A DNA stretch of 21,211 bases, from assembly GCA_043799385.1 (NCBI GenBank), contig JAZDNV010000021.1:1-21211 (forward strand). Direction: 5' to 3'. The notes beneath the pieces were generated by a model. It was not told the DNA's origin. It saw only the letters and a program-made list of their open reading frames with translations, and ran no database searches. A program made the position numbers and the translations under genes. Below, in pieces: positions 16,939-21,211 of this stretch. Position 1 is the stretch's first letter. Every line of letters begins with the position of its first letter. This DNA is from Candidatus Aenigmatarchaeota archaeon. Lineage in GTDB: Archaea > Aenigmatarchaeota > Aenigmatarchaeia > GW2011-AR5.

Positions 16939-18948
16939 GTGGTAGAATTCAAAACTAACCGCATCACTGTAACAAGCGCGCTGCCATACGTTAATGGAGT
17001 AAAACATCTAGGCAACATAGTAGGCTCGATACTGCCTGCTGACGTATTTCATCGTTTCCTGGATTTGCTCGGCGTTGAGAACATCTTCATATGCGGCACG
17101 GACGACCACGGAACGGCAGTAGAGATTGCTGCGCTGCGGGAAGGATTGGAGCCAAAAGCGTATGCGGATAAGTACTACAGTATACAGAAAGAAATCTACG
17201 AAAAATGGGGTTTTGACTTCACTTTTTTCGGTCGCACAAGTTCAAAGAGCAATCATGAGATAACAAAAGAGATATTTCTGGCGATTTACAAAAACGGCTA
17301 CATAAAGCAGCAAACGTTGCTATTGCCGTTCTGCAATAAGTGCAAAATATTTCTTCCTGACAGATTCGTGACTGGCGTTTGCCCTAAGTGCGGTTACGAT
17401 GCTGCTCGTGGTGACCAGTGCGAATCGTGCGGCTCAGTGCTGGATCCGATAGAACTGAAGAATCCGCGCTGCGTTAATTGCCGCGGCTGCGACATAGAAT
17501 TCAAGGAAGAGGATCATCTGTTCCTTGATTTATCAAAGCTTGAAAACGAATTGAAAAAATGGATTTCAAAGAACGAGTGGCATGACAATGTAAGGAACCT
17601 TGCGCTTGGCTGGATTAGGGAAGGGTTAAAGCCAAGATGCATAACAAGGAACTTAAAATGGGGCATTAACGTACCGCTAAAGGGTTATGAAAACCTCGTG
17701 TTCTACGTCTGGTTCGATGCACCCATCGGTTATATATCTATAACGAAGGACGCTGGAAAGAAAATAAAAGACTGGTGGATTGATTCGAAGATTTACCATT
17801 TCCTTGGAAAAGACAACATACCATTCCATACAATAATCTGGCCTGGAATGCTCATCGCATCGAAAAAATACTCGCTGCCTCATTACGTCGCAGGATATGA
17901 ATACCTGAACTGGGAATGCCAGAAATTCTCCACGAGCCGCGGCGTCGGTCTGTTCAGCGACGAGGTTCTCGACCTTTTCCCTGCTGACTACTGGCGTTTC
18001 TACCTGTCCTCGATACTACCGGAGAACAGGGACTCGAATTTTGACTGGGATGACTTCAGGAGCAGAATCAACAACGAGCTAATCGCTAACTACGGTAACC
18101 TATTTTATCGAGCAACGCATTTCATCGAGAAAAACTTTTCAGGAAAAGTGCCTAAAGCATCGCTGGGCAAGAGAGAAAAAGAGCTGTTGAAGAAAATAGA
18201 AAAGAAAGTGGATGGGATAGAGAAATTAGTCGAAGACGTGAGATTGAAAGACGCGCTGAAAGAAATTCTATCCATATCAGATGACGTCAATCGTTATTTC
18301 CAGGACAAGCGTCCATGGGAAACGATAAGCAAGAAAAAGAACGATTGCGCGACCACACTTTACTTCACAGTGAATGTTCTGAGAATAATCTCAACGCTGC
18401 TCTATCCATATATGCCAGCAGCGAGCGTTAAAGCGCTCAATGCGTTGAACAGCGAGATATCGGAATGGAAGTCGTTAAAGAAATTCTCGATAAAACCAGG
18501 GCACAAAATAAAAGCAGAGCTATTGTTTAAAAAGATAGAAGACAAAGAGATAGAAAGTGCGAAGTCGTACAAAACGAAATACGCCAAAGGCACCGTAGCA
18601 AAGGATGTAATGGAAGAGATAAAGACGGTTGACGATATGATTCCATTCAATGAATTCAAAAAAGTCGATATGCGCGTAGGCACGATTACTGATGTTGCTG
18701 ACCATCCGAACGGTGACAAGCTTTTCGTTCTTCAAGTGGATTTAGGAAGCGAAAAGCGCCAGCTGGTTGCCGGATTGCGCGGAATCTACAAGAAAGAAGA
18801 GATGAAGGGAAAGCAGGTAATCGTCGTCTGCAATTTAGAGCCAAAGGAACTGCGCGGCGTCAAGAGCCACGGAATGCTTCTCGCTTCCGAAAATGGAACG
18901 ATACTCACTCCGCAGAAGAAGGTCGCGAACGGCAGCAAAGTGATGTAG
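16939..18948 (+). CDS. metG: Methionine--tRNA ligase with C-terminal tRNA-binding (Trbp/EMAPII-like) domain
   Basis: TSALPYVNGVKHLGN, CGTDDHGT, four CxxC Zn-knuckle pairs, FYVWFDA, GKDNIPFH, KFSTSRG, C-terminal DMRVGTI...NLEPKELRGVKSHGMLLA. GTG start. Confidence 0.98.
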   Translation: MVEFKTNRITVTSALPYVNGVKHLGNIVGSILPADVFHRFLDLLGVENIFICGTDDHGTAVEIAALREGLEPKAYADKYYSIQKEIYEKWGFDFTFFGRTSSKSNHEITKEIFLAIYKNGYIKQQTLLLPFCNKCKIFLPDRFVTGVCPKCGYDAARGDQCESCGSVLDPIELKNPRCVNCRGCDIEFKEEDHLFLDLSKLENELKKWISKNEWHDNVRNLALGWIREGLKPRCITRNLKWGINVPLKGYENLVFYVWFDAPIGYISITKDAGKKIKDWWIDSKIYHFLGKDNIPFHTIIWPGMLIASKKYSLPHYVAGYEYLNWECQKFSTSRGVGLFSDEVLDLFPADYWRFYLSSILPENRDSNFDWDDFRSRINNELIANYGNLFYRATHFIEKNFSGKVPKASLGKREKELLKKIEKKVDGIEKLVEDVRLKDALKEILSISDDVNRYFQDKRPWETISKKKNDCATTLYFTVNVLRIISTLLYPYMPAASVKALNALNSEISEWKSLKKFSIKPGHKIKAELLFKKIEDKEIESAKSYKTKYAKGTVAKDVMEEIKTVDDMIPFNEFKKVDMRVGTITDVADHPNGDKLFVLQVDLGSEKRQLVAGLRGIYKKEEMKGKQVIVVCNLEPKELRGVKSHGMLLASENGTILTPQKKVANGSKVM

Positions 18949-18973
18949 TACTAATTTTACAGGACGCTATCGT

Positions 18974-18994
18974 TCTTAATTCTTATTTTTTCTC
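18974..18994 (+). terminator. Possible archaeal oligo-T terminator after metG
   Basis: TCTTAATTCTTATTTTTTCTC pyrimidine/T tract starting about 25 nt after the metG stop. Confidence 0.4.
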
Positions 18995-19000
18995 ATAAAT

Positions 19001-19016
19001 AAAAAAGTTTTAAATA
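19001..19016 (+). promoter_or_regulatory. BRE/TATA promoter for the RHH-LamG unit
   Basis: AAAAAAG followed by TTTTAAATA (19008-19016), ending 23 nt before ATG 19040. Confidence 0.65.
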
Positions 19017-19022
19017 CTCAAA

Positions 19023-19039
19023 AATCTACATTATAGATT
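19023..19039. promoter_or_regulatory. Operator-like palindrome between the TATA box and the start codon
   Basis: AATCTA-catta-TAGATT; TCTAC recurs at 19025, 19043 and 19052. Confidence 0.45.
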
Positions 19040-19183
19040 ATGTCTACAAAATCTACTACTATAAGGATTAGCCAATCGACGAAGGAAAAGATGGAAACCC
19101 TTGATTTCGTAAGGAAGCACACCTTTGACGAGATAATACTCGAACTAATCAAAAATTATGAAAAACGAAGGAGGAAGCAGTAG
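19040..19183 (+). CDS. Small ribbon-helix-helix (CopG/archaeal antitoxin-like) DNA-binding protein
   Basis: 47 aa, below the track cut-off: MSTKSTTIRISQSTKEKMETLDFVRKHTFDEIILELIKNYEKRRRKQ. It has a TTIRIS beta-ribbon, a TKEKM..L helix and a TFDEII..LI helix. Confidence 0.85.
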   Translation: MSTKSTTIRISQSTKEKMETLDFVRKHTFDEIILELIKNYEKRRRKQ

Positions 19184-19184
19184 G

Positions 19185-21211
19185 ATGAAAGGAGATATAG
19201 GTTATAGAAAAACTCTCTTGGCATTGGTTTTTGCTGAGATGATCGTAGCAGTTGCGCTGGTTTTCGCTGCGCCGGAACCCATAACTTCAATTATTTTGAA
19301 CTCGACTTCCGGAACGAATCTGACTACAGAGAATCTCACGGTTTACGTCACGCCAGCAGCAAACACGACATTAAAAAACATATACGACTGGTACGTCAAT
19401 AGCGTGCCTTTCACGGTCTTCAATCTTCCGTTCGAGGCTGGCAGCAATAACACCAATACAAAGGATTACTCTGGGAACAACTACACCTGCAACATAACAA
19501 AAGCGATATGGAATGCGACAGGCGGTCGCGATGGCTTCGGAGCGTATGAATTCAGGACAGTGAACAAGACTTTCATAAAAGTCCTGAACACCAGTTCGGT
19601 GAGCACAAACGGAAGCTTCAGCATTTCCATGTGGATTAAATCACCTGATTTTGCAAGCAACCCAATAATCATGCAAAAATATACAGGTAGCACTGGCTTT
19701 TTCTTCCAGACGTTTAGCCCAGGCACATTGCGATTTGCCCTTTACGGTAGTGGAACTGACGTCGACATAGAAGCCAGTAGCGCTATGTCAAAGAATGTCT
19801 GGCACCATGTTGCTGCTGTAAGGCAAAGAAATGGCATCGTAATTATATACGTTGACGGGACAGCTGTGAAAAATTCGAGCGACAGCAGCGGTCTGAATAT
19901 GGAAAATACAATGAATTTCACAATAGGCGGCAATGACGCAGGCAATGGAAACTATTTCAACGGAACAATCGACGACGTGCTTTTCTTTAATCGGGCGCTG
20001 GACCGGGAGCAGATACTCGCGCTCAATGCGAGCAGGAACGACATTGTCACCAGCAACATAACCCTAGGAGGCGATGTCTGGCAGGCATGCGCAACCCCAA
20101 ACGACATGTCAGCAGACGGCGACAGAGTATGCAGTGAGTCGTTGATTATTGCAGGCGGTATTGAAAACGCCACTCTCACAAAAAATCCTGTAAACCTATA
20201 TGTCCAGAACGAAAGTGTTGCACAATTCTTGATAAATGTCACGAATACAGGTACAGCAGGCTTTATCAGGGCTGTTCTCGGCGACGAGTGGAACATAAGC
20301 AACCTGAATTACAGCGGTTACTCATCCGCATACTCTGGAATCGAATTTTCCAACGTGAGTTATGACCAGGGCGACGGCACAGGCAGGGTCAACTGGCTTG
20401 TCAATCTTTCAGCAGGAAACAATTTCCTGCTTTACGTGAATTTCACTCCACGTGCCCTAGGAAATACGACAAATATTGTTGATTTTGCTAATGCATCAGG
20501 CATAGCGTTCACTTCTAGCAACGGAAGCATTATCATCGTGTATGGCGCCAACAATCCGTATGTGGAGAACGTAACGCTAAACAGCACGACTGGCAACAAC
20601 CTGACATCTGACAATCTCACTCTCTACTGGAACTATGGCAACGTAACAGGTTTCACAAAATATATAACCAACTGGTATGTCAACAATGTTTCATTCGCTC
20701 TCTTCAATCTACCATTCGAAGCAGGTAGTAATTCAACATACACAAAAGACTACTCGGGCTACAACTACACCTGCAACATAACAAAGGCGATATGGAACTC
20801 GACCGGCGGCCGCGACGGCTTCGGCGCTTACGAGTTCAGAACAGTGAACAAGACCTTCATAAAAGTCCTGAACACCAGTTCGGTGAGCACAAACGGAAGC
20901 TTCAGCATTTCCATGTGGATTAAATCACCTGATTTTGCAAGCAACCCAATAATCATGCAAAAATACAACGGCGCGACTGGCTTTTTCTTCCAAACATTTA
21001 GCCCAGGCACATTGCGATTAGGGCTTTACGGTTCAGGCACTGATGTAGACATAGAAGCCAGCAGCGCCATGTCAAAGAATGTCTGGCACCATGTCGCCGG
21101 TGTAAGGCAAAGAAACGGCATCGTAATTATATACGTTGACGGGACAGCTGTGAAAAATTCGAGCGACAGCAGCGGTCTGAATATGGAAAATACAATGAAT
21201 TTCACAATAGG
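19185..21211 (+). CDS. Large secreted/surface glycoprotein with repeated LamG-like jellyroll domains and a DUF11-like spacer (3'-truncated by the window)
   Basis: Open from ATG 19185 to the window end (about 675 codons), so absent from the track. It has a signal peptide (MKGDIGYRKTLLALVFAEMIVAVALVFA), LamG motifs (KDYSG, SFSISMWIK, WHHVAAV, IYVDG, FTIGG, YFNGTIDDV.FFNRAL), a DUF11-like LTK.P....F.INVTNTG stretch and roughly 40 N-x-S/T sequons. Confidence 0.92.
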   Translation, partial: MKGDIGYRKTLLALVFAEMIVAVALVFAAPEPITSIILNSTSGTNLTTENLTVYVTPAANTTLKNIYDWYVNSVPFTVFNLPFEAGSNNTNTKDYSGNNYTCNITKAIWNATGGRDGFGAYEFRTVNKTFIKVLNTSSVSTNGSFSISMWIKSPDFASNPIIMQKYTGSTGFFFQTFSPGTLRFALYGSGTDVDIEASSAMSKNVWHHVAAVRQRNGIVIIYVDGTAVKNSSDSSGLNMENTMNFTIGGNDAGNGNYFNGTIDDVLFFNRALDREQILALNASRNDIVTSNITLGGDVWQACATPNDMSADGDRVCSESLIIAGGIENATLTKNPVNLYVQNESVAQFLINVTNTGTAGFIRAVLGDEWNISNLNYSGYSSAYSGIEFSNVSYDQGDGTGRVNWLVNLSAGNNFLLYVNFTPRALGNTTNIVDFANASGIAFTSSNGSIIIVYGANNPYVENVTLNSTTGNNLTSDNLTLYWNYGNVTGFTKYITNWYVNNVSFALFNLPFEAGSNSTYTKDYSGYNYTCNITKAIWNSTGGRDGFGAYEFRTVNKTFIKVLNTSSVSTNGSFSISMWIKSPDFASNPIIMQKYNGATGFFFQTFSPGTLRLGLYGSGTDVDIEASSAMSKNVWHHVAGVRQRNGIVIIYVDGTAVKNSSDSSGLNMENTMNFTI
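19297..21211 (+). repeat. Intragenic direct repeat with a 1284-nt period (copy 1 about 19297-19927; copy 2 about 20580->21211)
   Basis: Identical blocks 19572-19681 = 20856-20965 (110 nt) and 19833-19927 = 21117-21211 (95 nt). Flanking segments are conserved mainly at the protein level. Confidence 0.95.

Noticed and set aside
19040..19183. Type II toxin-antitoxin pair
   Set aside because: There is no adjacent PIN, RelE or other toxin ORF. The neighbours are metG and a secreted LamG protein.
19481..21010. Minus-strand track ORFs (19481-19726, 19742-19945, 19952-20302, 20432-20620, 20828-21010), two of them near-identical
   Set aside because: They are antisense shadows of the long plus-strand LamG gene, and their similarity just reflects its internal repeat.
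19479..21211. Diversity-generating retroelement TR/VR pair in the LamG repeats
   Set aside because: Differences are not adenine-specific (many T/C and G/T changes) and are mostly synonymous. Both copies are in the same reading frame of one gene, and no reverse transcriptase is present in the window.

Overview
Archaeal chromosomal window, gene-dense, with TATA-type promoters and archaeal-type ProRS, AspRS, TrpRS, MetRS, Pus10 and RNase HII. A DPANN-like host is an inference from the compact proteins and the style of the surface protein. Most of it is a tRNA/translation housekeeping neighbourhood: four aminoacyl-tRNA synthetases, Pus10, RNase Z, an RsmB/Trm4-type m5C methyltransferase, AMMECR1 and an intron-containing initiator tRNA-Met. 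The ORF track misses four real elements: the 3' end of an aspartokinase-like ACT gene (1-183), the tRNA-iMet (5479-5593), a 47-aa ribbon-helix-helix gene (19040-19183) and a large secreted LamG-repeat glycoprotein running off the right edge (19185->21211). The best candidates for novelty are three. (1) An in-frame fusion of an APC-family permease with a class I SAM methyltransferase, in a tight operon with a P2A-type ATPase and a Nudix hydrolase. (2) An initiator tRNA with C33 and a 40-nt intron mostly made of a perfect REP-like hairpin. (3) A solo RHH regulator with an operator-like palindrome, coupled to a LamG adhesin whose two repeats show mosaic, gene-conversion-like identity. No CRISPR array, transposase, integrase or rRNA was seen.
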